A DNA stretch of 64,000 nt from Eledone cirrhosa (GCA_964016885.1 OZ024756.1:14198001-14262000); one strand, 5' to 3'; counted from the stretch's first letter, positions 10,921 to 27,865 are shown. Numbers and translations are program-made. Notes: generated from the letters alone by a model not told the origin.

Positions 10921-13694
10921 AAATACACAACTACCACACATTCCACATAGGGCCCCACAACCACACACCAACTATAAGGATACCCTAATCTACCCTCCCC
11001 CACTAACTACATCCTACAACAACACCAGCAGGGGACAATACAACCACACGAGACACCCTAACCACTACGACCACCATAACTACACACCATACAACAACAA
11101 CAGCAGGACTCAATATAACCACACAAGACAACCCTACTACAACTACCACCAAGTCTACACACCCTACAACAACAACAGCAGGGCTCAATACAACCATACG
11201 ATACAACCTAACTTCAACAACCACCACAACTACACACCCTATAACCACGTCCATCAAATCTACACACCCTACAACAACAACAGCAGGGCTCAACACAACC
11301 ACACGATACAGCCTAATTTCAAAAACAACCACCACAGCTACACACCCTCTAACAACAACAGCAGGGGCCAATACAACCATAAGAGACATCCAAATTTCAA
11401 CAACCACGACAACTTCCGTAGTCATTTTTTAGACATAGTACACCGACACAGGGTAACGAGATAACACAAAACACACAGGAAACACCAAATGTAATAAAAA
11501 TCGTTAAGTTAACCCATAAAGAATTAACAAGACCAAATCAACATACTCTCCAAAGGTCTGAAATTCACACCAACTCCCCAACAACCAAACTACCCCGAAA
11601 TGAAGGAAGATATTGCAGAATTCTGTAGAAAACTAAGACTCAGCGAGCAACTACACGACAAATACAATGAAGATGACTCAATAGCCAGAAATAGAAGCAC
11701 CTACACCCCACCAAAAGGCAAGAACAAATTCCTCGATCAACTCTGCGAACACATTACTAATTACTCATACCACCACCTACACAGACAAAAACAAAAACCA
11801 AACCTGAGCAAAAAAGAATGGAATGGTCTTAACAGTCTAAAGAACGACAGAACCCTAACAATCAAAGAGGCGGATAAAGGGAGTACAATAGTCCTTATGA
11901 GGACAGATTATTACACGACCCTAGTACTATCAACTCTAGAAAACCAAACATATTACGAAAAGGCCAAACACGACACACAACAGAAAATAATGAGAAACCT
12001 AAAATCCCTAACAACCCTTTACAAAGAAGGCCTTACCGACAAGGAATACAACTACATCACCAATTTCAAAAGCAGAACCAGCCTTTTCTACGGTATCCCA
12101 AAGATACACAAAAGCGAAGTAATAGGCAGGGCCTGCAAGGAAGCCACATACATTTACATCAATATCCCCCTTCCTGATGACTTCAAATTAAGACCCATAA
12201 TAGCAGGTATCACATGTGAAACCCACCGCCTAAGCAACTTCATAGATATTCTGCTTAAACCTTTTCTAAAACACATAATAAGCTTCATAAGGGACGACCT
12301 TGACATGCTCAACTACCTCCCAACAACACTCAATAATGAACATACCCTACTAGTAACCTTTGATGTAATATATTCCAATATCCCACACAACCTAGGTATA
12401 GAGGCAATACAATTCTGGCTTGAAAATTTCCCTAATGAACTTCCACAGCGCATCCCTAAAGAATTTGTGATGGAGGGCCTCAAATTCATCTTGGAAAATA
12501 ACTTCTTCGAATTTGATGCCAAATACTACAGACAGAAATCTGGGACTGCAATGGGCACGAAAGTAGCCCCCCTCATACGCCAATCTTGTCAGGGGATATT
12601 TGGAAACTACTCTCTATCGAAAAGTTCTAGACAAATACGGCAACCACTTCTACCTACACACAGAAAAAAACTGGAAGAGATATCTGGACGACTGCTTCAT
12701 CTTCTGGCATGAAAGTATAGATAGACTGATTGAGTTTAAAACACTTCTAAATGGACTCAACACTAACATTCAATTTACAATGGATTACAGCCATGAACAG
12801 CTCCCTTTCATTGACATCCTCATCAAGAAAACAAACAACAAAATAGAAACAGACATATACTATAAACCCACAGACTCCAAACAATATCTTCCATTTAACT
12901 CGTGCCACCCTCGCCATACCAAAATGGCAATTCCTTATAACCTAGACAGAAGGATCTGCACAACAGTTTCAGATAAATTCACATGTTACACACGACTAGA
13001 AGAATTAAAGAACACATTTATCAGCAGAAACTACCCACCATCCCTAATCAACAATGGATTCCAAACTCAACACCCAGGAACTTAGACACTCCAAACCGAG
13101 GAATGAACCGAAACAGAAAACTCTACCATGCATCTCCACACAACCCCCTCAACAATGAGACATTCGACACCATCCTCCAGAACATTCCTTTACTAAAAAG
13201 AGACCCAAGAATGAATAAAATCCGCCAAACACACAGCATCATAAAGAGCAAAAGACAACCTAAATCCATAAAAAACAACTTTACACAAGCTAAAATCCAA
13301 CCAAGCCTCACGATGAAACCTACAGAAAAAAATGCGGAGGGCCCAACTGTGGTATATGCATAAATCTAATAGAAGGTTCAACGTTCCACTTTAAACAAGG
13401 ACAACATTTCACAGTTAAATACAACTTTACATGTGCATCTGAAAACCTAATCTATATTTTGACCTGCTCAGGTTGTCGAGAGCACTACATAGGACAGACA
13501 AAAAACCAGCCTCCGACAACGTATGACCGTCCATAGATCACAAATCAAAATACAGGAATACAGAAAGATTGCTTTTAGTGAACATATCACCAATTGTGCA
13601 CCTAACCAACATCCAAACTTTAGAATTTTCCCCATTTACAAATTCATAGACAACGCTTCTTTCATCCATCGTACCAATAAGGAAACGTACTACA

Positions 13695-13699
<5 letters not shown>
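10921..13699 (+). mobile_element. Penelope-like retroelement (Neptune type), RT + GIY-YIG, frameshifted, ending in (TA)n
   Basis: RT motifs IKEADKG, FYGIPKIHK, LRPII, LVTFDV, GTAMGTKVAP, RYLDDCF, DIYYKPTD, SCHP. Cys-rich linker (NCGICINL) and [20 protein letters not shown] at 13441-13500. Coding split over several frames. ~75-bp His/Asn/Tyr-coding repeats at ~11008-11410. Confidence 0.92.
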
Positions 13700-13761
<62 letters not shown>

Positions 13762-13800
13762 ATATATATGTATATGTATATATATATATGTGTATATATA

Positions 13801-13844
<44 letters not shown>

Positions 13845-14255
13845 GTATATATATATATATATATACCGTATATATATATATATATATATATACCGTATAT
13901 ATATATATATACATATGTTTATGTATATATATATACATATATATATACTGTATATATATATATATATGTTTATGTATATATATATATACTGTATATATAT
14001 ATATGTTTATGTATATATATATACATATATAAACTGTATATATATATGTTTATGTACATATATATATACATATATATATATAGTGTATATATATATATAT
14101 ACATATGTTTATGTATATATATATATACATATATATATATTCATATATACATATACACACACACATATATATATAGTGTATATATATATATATATATACA
14201 TACATATGTTTATGTATATATATATATACATATATATATATTCATATATACATAT

Positions 14256-14320
<65 letters not shown>

Positions 14321-14404
14321 TATATATATATAGGATAACAAACTATCGTTTCAGGCAATCCAGTTACATTTGTACAGCCGACCATGTTATTCTCCACTCT
14401 TTCA

Positions 14405-14437
<33 letters not shown>

Positions 14438-15020
14438 AATATATATATATACATACATATATATAACATATATATATATACATATACATACATATATAAC
14501 ATATATATATATACAACATATATATATATATACATATACATACATACATAACATATATATATATACATATATATACATACATACATATATAACATATATA
14601 TATATACATATATATACATACATATATAACATATATATATATATATACATATATATACATACATATATATACATATATATACATACATATATAACATATA
14701 TATATATATACATATATATACATACATATATAACATATATATATATATACATATATATACATACATATATAACATATATATATATACATATATATACATA
14801 CATATATAACATATATATATATATACATATATATACATACATATATAACATATATATATGTATATATACATATATAACATATATATATACATATATATAC
14901 ATACATATATATATACATACATATATATATAACATATATATATATACATATATATATATACATACATATATATATAACATATATATATAACATATATATA
15001 TATATATATATATACATATA
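13700..15020. repeat. Compound (TA)n/(TACA)n microsatellite
   Basis: Direct reading; short unique island at ~14332-14415. Confidence 0.95.
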
Positions 15021-15778
15021 GTCATGCACATATATTTTCACCCGACTTTTTGGTTAGGTATGCTTCCTGCTGTTATGTACTCAGCTTCGTTTAGAATTGT
15101 TGTTGTTGCTGGTGGTGGTGATGTTAGGGGTCATAGTAGTACCATTAGGGATGATGATGCCGGTAGTAGTGGCGCCTGTATTGTGACGCTAATAGGGGTA
15201 ATGTTGTTGTTGTTGTTGTTGATGATGATGATGATGGTGGTGGTACGAACGGGCCTACCTATTGAGTTACGTTCATCTCAAGCATACACAACAGATAACG
15301 ATTAATATCATGTTTATAAATACACATAAACAGTTTAACTTATGCCAGATTTTCAATAGGGTAGAATACAAACAAAACTAACTAATACAAGAGAGTTTTG
15401 CTCGCATCGTATCCCTAACAGCAGTTTCTGGAATTTAGAAACAATATAAATTACCTTAATAAATTAAAACAACAAACATTGGAAGAAATTCCTTCACCAG
15501 AGGGATTCTTTGGAAGTAGAAAATAATATTCAATAGAAAGTATACAGACCTTGTCCTTATCGAAACAGCATGGTGCATCTAGTTACATGCGTGTGTAGTT
15601 CGACCAGGAAATAGATATCCATAAATCTAGGATAATATGGCAGGTTTGTAATAACGCTAAAAATAGCACCTATGAAACCTGTCTACAGCAACTCAACTAT
15701 AAAGAAGTAGTAAATATCGAACAGAGAAACAGAAAATGTTTTTTTGTCACTAATGTATGGGACATCATATATAGGTAT

Positions 15779-15874
<96 letters not shown>

Positions 15875-16220
15875 ACACACGCGCGCGTAGATACATACAC
15901 ACATGTATAAATTAGACAATTATCAAAGTTATGTTCAAATCATTTAATTGCTGACAATTGTTTCTTCAAAACTTTCGTTTGGAATCATCGGAGCATTATC
16001 AATGTTTGTACATGCATACACACATGTATATTGATAGTCTACGGGACTGTGATCGGAAAGACCACAAATCAAAGAAGTACTCGACATATGGTAAGATGGA
16101 GAGCGGGTATATTAACGGAAGTAGAGGTGCTACCGCAAACTCGGCGGTTTCGGCTAGTTACCAGACGAGTGAACTAACCGAAACCACCGAGTTCGTGGTA
16201 GATCCTCTACTTCCATTAAT

Positions 16221-16836
16221 GTGAGGTATATGATTTTTAATGCAATGAAATATCTATGATCGTCGGCAAATCACTGATGAGGGACTCATTTTATTACATG
16301 TTATCCATGTGCTACCTGCAGTATTTTTCTCTATATTTTATTACATATATTTACCACTGCGATTCTGTGTTTTTTCTCTCTCTCTCTTACTGTTCCCCCA
16401 TTCTCTCTGTTTCTCCCCCTCTGTCATGTCAGTTAACTCTTCCTCACACTTTCACTCACTCACTGTTTCTCTTCTCTTCATTTCATCCTGTACACCACGA
16501 AGGCTATTTTTCTCTCTCCTCACATAGCCATCGCTCGTGTCGGGTCTGTTCTAAAAGCGCTCATATATTCACCTAGCTTATGCTAAACAGAATAATTTTT
16601 GAAGCTTGTTTCTTTCCCCTACGGTTAGCTATACTCTTTGTTGTTCTCCTGTCTCACTCGCTTTACGCGTTTCAATTGTCCTAAAAACTTATTTTGGTTA
16701 TTATTGCACCGACGTGAGGTATATGATTTTTAATGCAATGAAATATCTATGATCGTCGGCAAATCACTGATGAGGGATTCATTTTATTACATGTTATCCA
16801 TGTGCTACCTGCAGTATTTTTCTCTATATTTTATTA
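16221..16836 (+). repeat. ~122-bp direct repeat pair (16221-16342 and 16714-16836) containing CTGATGA; second copy runs into (TA)n
   Basis: Near-identical copies 493 bp apart. Confidence 0.85.
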
Positions 16837-16841
16837 TATAC

Positions 16842-16921
<80 letters not shown>

Positions 16922-17027
16922 GACTCACTATCACTTTTCCTCCACTATCTTACTTCTTCTCTCCTTCTCACCCGTCTATTTCTCATTCTATATTTTTAGT
17001 AAAATAAGTTGGATTACTTTGAATAAA

Positions 17028-17200
17028 TAATTATTTCTACGTTTGGCACAAGGCCAGCAATTACTCAGTGCATTACTGGTACTTTATTTTATTGACCCCT
17101 TAAGGATGAAAGGCAAAGTTAACCTCGGCGGGATTTAAACTTAGATTGGCAAGGGCCGTAACTATGCGCCAAAGCATGGCGTCCGACCCTCTACCGATAC
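17028..17200 (-). mobile_element. tRNA-derived SINE
   Basis: Family body sequence with degenerate B-box. Confidence 0.85.
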
Positions 17201-17716
17201 AACTTTTAATAATGCCACCATCAACATAAGACTCTAAAATCCTAACCAAACCATAGCGACGTTATTTATGAGGCTGATTAAGTTGAAATCTAGAGGCTCC
17301 AAAGAGACAAGAAACCCAGCATGATCTACGAACAGGCCTATCATTATTTTTTTGTTGCTGTAGAGGAGGAGTAAAAGATTGTCGACTGTTGTAGAGAGGT
17401 AAAAGATTGTCGACTGTATATACATTTAGGTGGTAAGAGATTTTCAGGAGAGCTGGAGAGCAGAAAGTCTTTAGAGAAGAAACTATCCCCCCATAGCAAG
17501 TATTTCTGCCCTCAGTTTCTGTCCTAATATTTCGGGTAAAAAAACAGGTGAATAAAATAATAGGTGACATACCAACAACTTTGTTGCTTTCAATTTATCC
17601 CCAAATCTACCGTCTATTGTGCATTGTTCATAATAATATGCCCCAGCATGGCCTTAGCCGGATGGCTGGAACAAATAAAAGAGTAAAAGAGTATATATAT
17701 ATATATATATATATAT

Positions 17717-18035
<319 letters not shown>

Positions 18036-18340
18036 TAGCACCCTTTCTCTGTGCTCCTGAGGAGAAGGGTTGCACACTTTTTCGGGGGTGTGTGCGACCC
18101 CCCCCCCCCCCCCCAAAAAAAAAAACGCCTCCTCCCTATTGAGAAATTTATTGTTAATTTTATATTTGTTATTGTTTTGTTTTTTTACTCGTTCTTTTGT
18201 GTAAACTCTCCCCCTTTGTATTTGTCCCCTTCTTTTGCGCCCTCGTGGCAATAAATAGAAACATATCTATATAATATGTATATAAGTTTATATATGAAAA
18301 AGAAGACAAGAGCGTCTACAACGTCAAAAGATTTTTATTG

Positions 18341-18385
18341 GCTTACAATGTTTCTTCCTTACGTAACCGTAGGATTCGTCAGAGC
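18341..18385 (-). ncRNA. Minimal type-I hammerhead ribozyme motif (PLE type)
   Basis: GCT-CTGACGA-[A TCCTACG GTTA CGTAAGGA A]-GAAA-C ATT GTA-AGC, followed by AATAAA. Confidence 0.65.
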
Positions 18386-18479
18386 TATAAAAGGGGTTTG
18401 ATTGGTGTTATGGACTCTACCAACCAAACATTCAAGAACAAAGAGTAAAGAGAGTAAAGAGCAAAAGTAGGAGACGATA

Positions 18480-18514
<35 letters not shown>

Positions 18515-18753
18515 GACGTATTGCAGAATATCGTTCAATCTGTCCAGATCTGTTCTAACCTGATTAGTTCTTTCATTGTTTTGGTATGGTTGGGTTTTGC
18601 CTGCCGCAATTTTAAATTTGTCAACCTATTTAAACGTAATGTTATTTATTACTCTAAGGACCTACCCTTATTGAGTGCTTTGCTACTCATTCCTTATTGT
18701 AAGTCGACTTTGCTTGGCCAGAGCCAAATCTTCGATTTTACTAAGCTTCCGCT

Positions 18754-21239
<2,486 letters not shown>

Positions 21240-21486
21240 ATATGTCGTAGACAACTCTTAGAGGGTAACGACTAGACAAACAGATCCTCATCGATACATA
21301 CATTCATTATATACATGTAGGGACCACATATTTACATACGTGTGTTTGGCCTTTAAAGCGACGAAATGCCTACGACGGTTGGAAGGCCACTGATGAAGGA
21401 CAAACTTTTTCATATGTAACCCATTTGCAACGCCGCAGCTCCATTATTATATATATCTATATCTATATATTTATATGTATATATTT

Positions 21487-22104
21487 GGAGAGAGATGAAA
21501 GTAAGGGAGTAGAGAGAGAGGGGGGTGAGAGTAAGGGAGTAGAGGGAGAGAGAGAGAGAGGGTGAGAGTAAGGGAGTAGAGATAAAGGGGGGAGGGTGAG
21601 AGTAAGGGAGTAGAGAGAAAGGGGAGTGAGAGTAAGGGAGTAGAGAGAAAAGGGGGGGGTGAGAGTAAGGGAGTAGAGATAAAGGGGGAGGGGGAGAGTA
21701 AGGGAGTAGAGAGAAAAGGGGAGTGAGAGTAAGGGAGTAGAGAGAAAAGGGGAGTGAGAGTAAGGATTAGAGAGAAATTGGGTGGGGTGGGTGAGAGTAA
21801 GGGAGTAGAGAGAGAGAGAGGGGAGGAGTAAGGGAGTAGAGAGAGAGAGAGTGGGTAGGAGTAAGGGAGTAGAGAGAGAGAGAGGGTAGGAGTAAGGGAG
21901 TAGAGAGAGCGAGAGAGAGAGAGGGGTGAGAGTAAGGGAGTAGAGAGAGAGAGAGAGAGAGAGGGGTGAGAGTAAGGGAGTAGAGAGAGAGAGAGAGAGA
22001 GAGAGGGTCTGTGTGTGAGAGTAAGGGAGTAGAGCAAGAGAGAGAGAGAGAGAGATAGGGGGTAGGAGTGAGAGAGAGAGTGAGAGAGAGAGAGGTGGGT
22101 AGGA

Positions 22105-22139
<35 letters not shown>

Positions 22140-22140
22140 G
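21487..22140. repeat. GA-rich variable minisatellite with core GAGTAAGGGAGTAGAGA
   Basis: Core recurs about every 28-38 bp. Confidence 0.9.
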
Positions 22141-22219
22141 GTGTGAAGGTGAGGTAAGAAATATGTTAGATTGCCAGGTGTAAGTAGTTCCTCTTCCTGG
22201 TGCTGCTACAATGGAATGT

Positions 22220-23096
22220 GGTAATGGTAGTGGCAGTGGTAGTGGTAGTGGTAATGGTCGTGGTAATGGTAGTGGTAGTGGTAGTGGTAGTGGTAGTGGT
22301 AGTGGTAGTGGTAATGGTCGTGGTAATGGTAGTGGTAGTGGCAGTGGTAGTGGTAGTGGTAATGGTCGTGGTAATGGTAGTGGTAGTGGTAGTGGTAGTG
22401 GTAGTGGTAGTGGTAGTGGTAGTGGCAATGGTAGTGGTAGTGGTAGTGGTAGTGGTAGTGGCAATGGTAGTGGTAGTGGTAGTGGTAGTGGTAGTGGTAG
22501 TGGTAATGGTAGTGGTAGTGGTAGTGGTAGTGGTAGTGGCAATGGTAGTGGTAGTGGTAGTGGTAATGGTAGTGGTAGTGGTAGTGGTAGTGGTAGTGGT
22601 AATGGTAGTGGTAGTGGTAGTGGTAATGGTAGTGGTAGTGGTAGTGGTAGTGGTAGTGGTAATGGTAGTGGTAGTGGTAGTGGTAATGGTAGTGGTAGTG
22701 GTATTGGTAGTGGTAGTGGTAGTGGTATTGGTATTGGTAGTGGTAGTGGTAGTGGTAGTGGTAATGGTAGTGGTAGTGGTAATGGTAGTGGTAGTGGCAG
22801 TGGTAGTGGTAGTGGTATTGGTAGTGGTAGTGGTAGTGGTAGTGGTAATGGTAGTGGTAATGGTAGTGGTAGTGGTAGTGGTAATGGTAGTGGTAGTGGT
22901 AATGGTAGTGGTAGTGGTAATGGTAGTGGTAGTGGTAGTGGTAATGGTAGTGGTAGTGGTAATGGTAGTGGTAGTGGTAGTGGTAATGGTAGTGGTAGTG
23001 GTAGTGGTATTGGTAGTGGTAGTGGTAGTGGTAATGGTAGTGGTAGTGGTAATGGTAGTGGTAGTGGTAATGGTAGTGGTAGTGGTAGTGGTAATG
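22220..23096. repeat. (GGTAGT)n hexanucleotide tract abutting the gap
   Basis: Direct reading. Confidence 0.95.
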
Positions 23097-23296
23097 NNNN
23101 NNNNNNNNNNNNNNNNNNNNNNNNNNNNNNNNNNNNNNNNNNNNNNNNNNNNNNNNNNNNNNNNNNNNNNNNNNNNNNNNNNNNNNNNNNNNNNNNNNNN
23201 NNNNNNNNNNNNNNNNNNNNNNNNNNNNNNNNNNNNNNNNNNNNNNNNNNNNNNNNNNNNNNNNNNNNNNNNNNNNNNNNNNNNNNNNNNNNNNNN
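23097..23296. other. Assembly gap (200 N)
   Basis: Run of N. Confidence 1.
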
Positions 23297-23464
23297 ACAC
23301 GTTGTCCACACGTCTGGAAAGACCTCTTTCATAACTACAAAGCTCCGGATTGAATTACAACATCCGAATTTTCTTATCAACTAGAACACTTTCGGACTTT
23401 CGCATTTATCTCCCTTACCCCTCTCGCACGCAATTAAGTATTGCCTGAGTGAAGTGACCGTTTC

Positions 23465-23476
23465 TGCGCATGCGCA
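23465..23476. promoter_or_regulatory. Perfect NRF1/EWG-type palindrome TGCGCATGCGCA
   Basis: Exact consensus match in non-repetitive sequence; function unproven. Confidence 0.4.
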
Positions 23477-23989
23477 TATATATATATATAAAAGAACATT
23501 TTCGCTCTACATGGCTGAATACAATAAATGTAATCTGACTTTTTCGAATATTAATAATAACATTCGATTCGTTTGCAATTATACAAACAAACCTCAATTT
23601 TATAGCCATGTCAGTAGAATGAACCCTTCATTCTTGCTCTTGTGTTGGCATGTGTGAACAGAACTGCAGACACTAATGTTTCTGAGTATCACCCTTCATC
23701 AGTGCAGCTCACTGTTCACCCGCCAAACTGCCAGAGCTAGTGAAAATATATGCTATTTTCAAAAATATATAGTGACTGATCGGCCTGATTTGCATATTAG
23801 CGGACTGGCTGATCAGTCAGATCTGCATATTAGCAGATCCACTGATCAGCCAGATTTGCATATCAGCAGACTGGCCAGTCAGTTTCGTGTATACGAGTGA
23901 TAAATGGCCGGCTTTGCCAAATTCAAATTAAAAAAAATATATGTATATATATATATGTATATACATATATATATATATTTACATATGTA

Positions 23990-24690
23990 TAACTTTAAGT
24001 TTGATAGGTTTCGGCCAGCATTGGCCCAGGCCTTGTCTAACTTAATAGAATCACCTGGCGAAATCTTTCAAATCAGGATTTGGGCACCATGGCCCACTCA
24101 AGTAGAGAGTTATTGTTTACCGAGAGATATCTGGGTGTAGGAGGTTTATCTTTTCCAATGGGTGGGTTGGAAAGAGTTCCTTAGGATTAGCTTTCGGCTG
24201 GTTGAATCTCAGGTTACAAAGAACCATGTCATGGTCTGAGAGAAGGGTTTTTCTACTGTAATATTATGTATAGTGTTAGTGTGGAAGCATTTAGAAGGGA
24301 TTCGTATTTGGCGATGAATTGTGATTCCTTGCTAATGCGCTGGATGTAGAAAGCGTTGTCTTTAAATTTGTAGATGGGAACATTTTTTAAATTGGGTTGT
24401 TCATTAGATGCGCATGTCGCGATGTGTTCACTCAGTGCTATCTTTCTGTATTCCCGTATTTTAATTTGGGATCTATGGACAGTCATATGCTGTCGGAGGC
24501 AGTTTTTGGTCTGTCCTATGTAGTTCTCTCGACAACCTGAGCAGGTCAACACATAGATCAGGTTTTCTGATGCACATGTGAAATTTAACTCTAAGGTGTT
24601 GCCCTTGTTTGAAGTGGAACTCCGATCCCTCTATTAAATTGAGACATATACCACAGTTGGGTCTTCCGCGTTTTTTACTGTTAGTTTCAT
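23990..24690 (-). mobile_element. 3' fragment of a Neptune-type PLE (GIY-YIG + 3' region with decayed hammerhead)
   Basis: RPNCGICLNL...LTCSGCRENYIGQTKN...HRSQIK...LSEHIATC, homologous to ~13330-13690. Decayed motif AGTT-AGACAA-GGCC..GGCC-GAAAC-CT-ATC-AAACT at ~23997-24043. Confidence 0.85.
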
Positions 24691-24819
24691 TGTCTTGGAG
24701 GGTGACCAAAATCACCCTCCTCATCAAATAAACTTGGTGGGGTTGCCGGTTCAGTCGCCGACGACCTGACCATGCGAGTGCTACTGGTAACATGTAACCC
24801 AGTACACACACACACACAT

Positions 24820-24860
<41 letters not shown>

Positions 24861-25072
24861 CGTTTAAAGTTGGTGGTTTACTACTGGGTAGAATTGGTCA
24901 TTCTGCAATGTTAATCATGGCGTAATATGAGAAAAGCACACGATGTTATGCAACTCATCTATCTTCAATGTTGAATCCTGTTGGTGGTGCGGGAAAGGAG
25001 TACATGTATTATAAAATGAAATGACAAGAGTCCAAATATGTTGAATTTCCTTAATTTCTTATTTCTGCAAAA

Positions 25073-25129
25073 TACTATGCACATTTCAGTGGCCAGGCTG
25101 CGAAAGAACCCGGTGACCTCATCAGGTGT
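25073..25129 (-). ncRNA. Minimal hammerhead ribozyme motif
   Basis: AC-CTGATGA-[GGTCACCGGGT...AGCCTGGCCACT]-GAAA-T GTGC ATA-GT; stems imperfect. Confidence 0.55.
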
Positions 25130-25969
25130 AAATCGAGTAATAGATGTATACTAACGGAATGATGGTAAACGTTAAGGAAACACGCAAAGAAAAAAGCTAA
25201 GCTCAGTGGTATCCGCTTCGGATTCCCCTCATAGTTCAATATTATATTATATTAAATTACGATAGTAGTAAGGTATGGCGGTTAACAACAACTAAAGAAG
25301 GCGAACCCCAACACACACAGGGTCCAAAGGTCCACCGACCATTCTGAGTAATTACGGTTTACCATAGAAAAGGGAAATTTAGTTTATTTCCAAGCACTCA
25401 AGGGGGCGGACAGACCCAGTCACCCCGAGTGCAGCTAGAAGGGTATCCATAGCCAGCTGGTGTCGTAACATGCCATGTATTCGTAGCCGTCCAAGCTAGT
25501 GAAGTTAGTGATAAAGTCGAGAAGTATCAAAAAGTATTAAAATTGAAGCTACGCAGGATACAGTGAGATAGGAAAAACTATACACAACCCCCAGCTGTCC
25601 CTAGGTTCCACACGCCGGTCAGTCCCAAAATCATATTGGGTGTAATCCACATAGGCAAGGTACATACATTCAAACCAGGCAATCACTATAATATGAAGAC
25701 TATCATATATTATATATTATATAGTGAATGTATCACAAGGGGTAGGTGGGACAATCAATCAGACAAATATATATATAGTTAATGGTAAATATACGAAGGA
25801 GTATTTAATGGAAAGTATAGTGTATCGGGGACATAGAAAGTAAAAGAATTTAGGTAAAGGATGAGTAACAGTATAGTAGTCGTGGGAGTCAGAGATAAAC
25901 AATAAACATACAAATATAAAAATATAGGAATGCAACATAACAAATAGGGAGTAACATAAACAAATAAAC

Positions 25970-26218
25970 ACCAAAAATTTGGCAAATAAAATATGCTAGC
26001 TCAAAGACAGGAACATTGCCTTCTTCATCAGATGGAAGATACTAGAACAATCCCGGCCATACACAAATGGGCGCAAGGCCTGCAAATTATGTAATGATGA
26101 AAAGCGGTGGATATTGAATAATCTCTACAACAATAACAATCCACTTAACAAACGCACCGAGTTCTTCTCGAGATGTTTTCATGTTTCTAAGTTCCTTTTG
26201 AAGAAATGGCCTCCTTAA
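25970..26218 (+). mobile_element. PLE endonuclease C-terminal fragment (Naiad-like)
   Basis: NLANKIC*LKD...IRWKILEQSRPYTNGRKACKLCNDEKRWI...LNKRTEFFSRCFHVSKFLL fits the W-I..Y..CxLC..EK..LNxRxE..CxH pattern. Clade assignment from memory. Confidence 0.7.
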
Positions 26219-26744
26219 TATCGATCTACATCCTTCTTAACCAATCGATTTCTTTCTAGCTCCCATCCCCTAACTTTTAGTCTATTCCCTAATTTTTAAC
26301 TATTATTTTGTCCCCTCCCTCTCTCTCTCTCTTAAGGCCTCTTTATGTCTGTCTATCTCCTTGTCGGTGTGTGCCTGTAGATAAGACGGTAAGATGACGT
26401 CAGCAATGTTTCGATTCAACCAACAAAATCTCTACAACAATTTACGTCACTAATGACGTCACAGGTCCAGCAAAAACTGAAAGAAACTTAACATTTCACC
26501 AAACAGTAAAGAAAGCTTTTTCTAATTGTGAAAATAAAAAGTTATATTGATAAAGACACCACCACCACCACCACCACCACCATAACCACCACCACCACCA
26601 CCATAACCACCACCACAACCACCACCACCATCACCACCACCACAACCATAACCACCACCACCACCATCACCACCACCATAACCATCACCATCACTACCAT
26701 CACACTTATCATCAACATCATCATCATCGTCGTTGTTAATGTCC

Positions 26745-27816
26745 GATAGATTGGTTTCCTGGATTAGTTACGGTATTCTGCGTTCTCAGTTCGAATCCCC
26801 CCAAGGTTAACTTGGTTTTTTTAAAACTTTCTTTAGCGGAGATCGATAAAATAAAGAACCGATCAAGCACTGAGGTCAATATAATCGAATTTCCCCCTTC
26901 TCCCCCAAAACACGACCCCACACTCACTGTAAAATGGTAAAATTATAGGAATTCTCAGTCATTTGGCTTTGTCATTCTTTTGCCTTCCTTCCTTCCTCTC
27001 TCTCCTCTTCACTTCCTCCCTTCCTCACTCTCTTCCTTCCTCACTTCCGTCCTCTCTCTCTTCTTCACTTCCTCACTTCCCCTTCACTTCCTCCCTTCCT
27101 CACTCTCTTCCTTCCTCCCTTCCTCTCTCTTCTTCACTTCCTCACTCCCTTCCGTCCTCTCTCTCTTCTCTCTTCTTCACTCCCTTCCTCACTTCCTTCC
27201 TCTCTCTTCTTCACTTCCCCCACTCCCTTCCTCTCTCTCCTCTTCACTTCCTCACTCCCTTCCTCTCTCTCTTCTTCACTCCCCCACTCCCTTCCTCTCT
27301 CTTCTTCACTCCCCCACTCCCCAACACATTCATTTCTGAAATATTTCTCCTTCATAGTTTTTTTTCTTTCACTGCATCTTCTTTCCATACTTCCTTCCTT
27401 GTCTGTCTCTCTCATACACACACACACACACACACACGCAGACACACACACCTTTCATCCTTACGGGGTCGATAAAATAAAGTACCAGTAATGCACTGGG
27501 TATTTGCTGGCCTTGTGCCTAACGTAGAAACAATTATATATATATATATACACACATACATATGTTCACACATACCTATGTATGTATATTTTGCTCAACG
27601 TGACACATCAACCAGTTAGTTGAACTAGCATGCATATTAAATTCTTCTAACACCCACCTAACACATGTGTATATATATATATACACACCACATACACACG
27701 TGCATATACATATACACCACACACACACATGTATATATAAATTTTCTTTATATTTCTACCGGTGTGGAATAAAAAAAAACAACAACCTTCTTTCCTATAT
27801 ATATATATAAATATAT

Positions 27817-27865
<49 letters not shown>

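Noticed and set aside
22211-23353. GS/GN-repeat ORF spanning the gap; possible telomeric repeat
   Set aside because: (GGTAGT)n satellite read through Ns; it is not TTAGGG.
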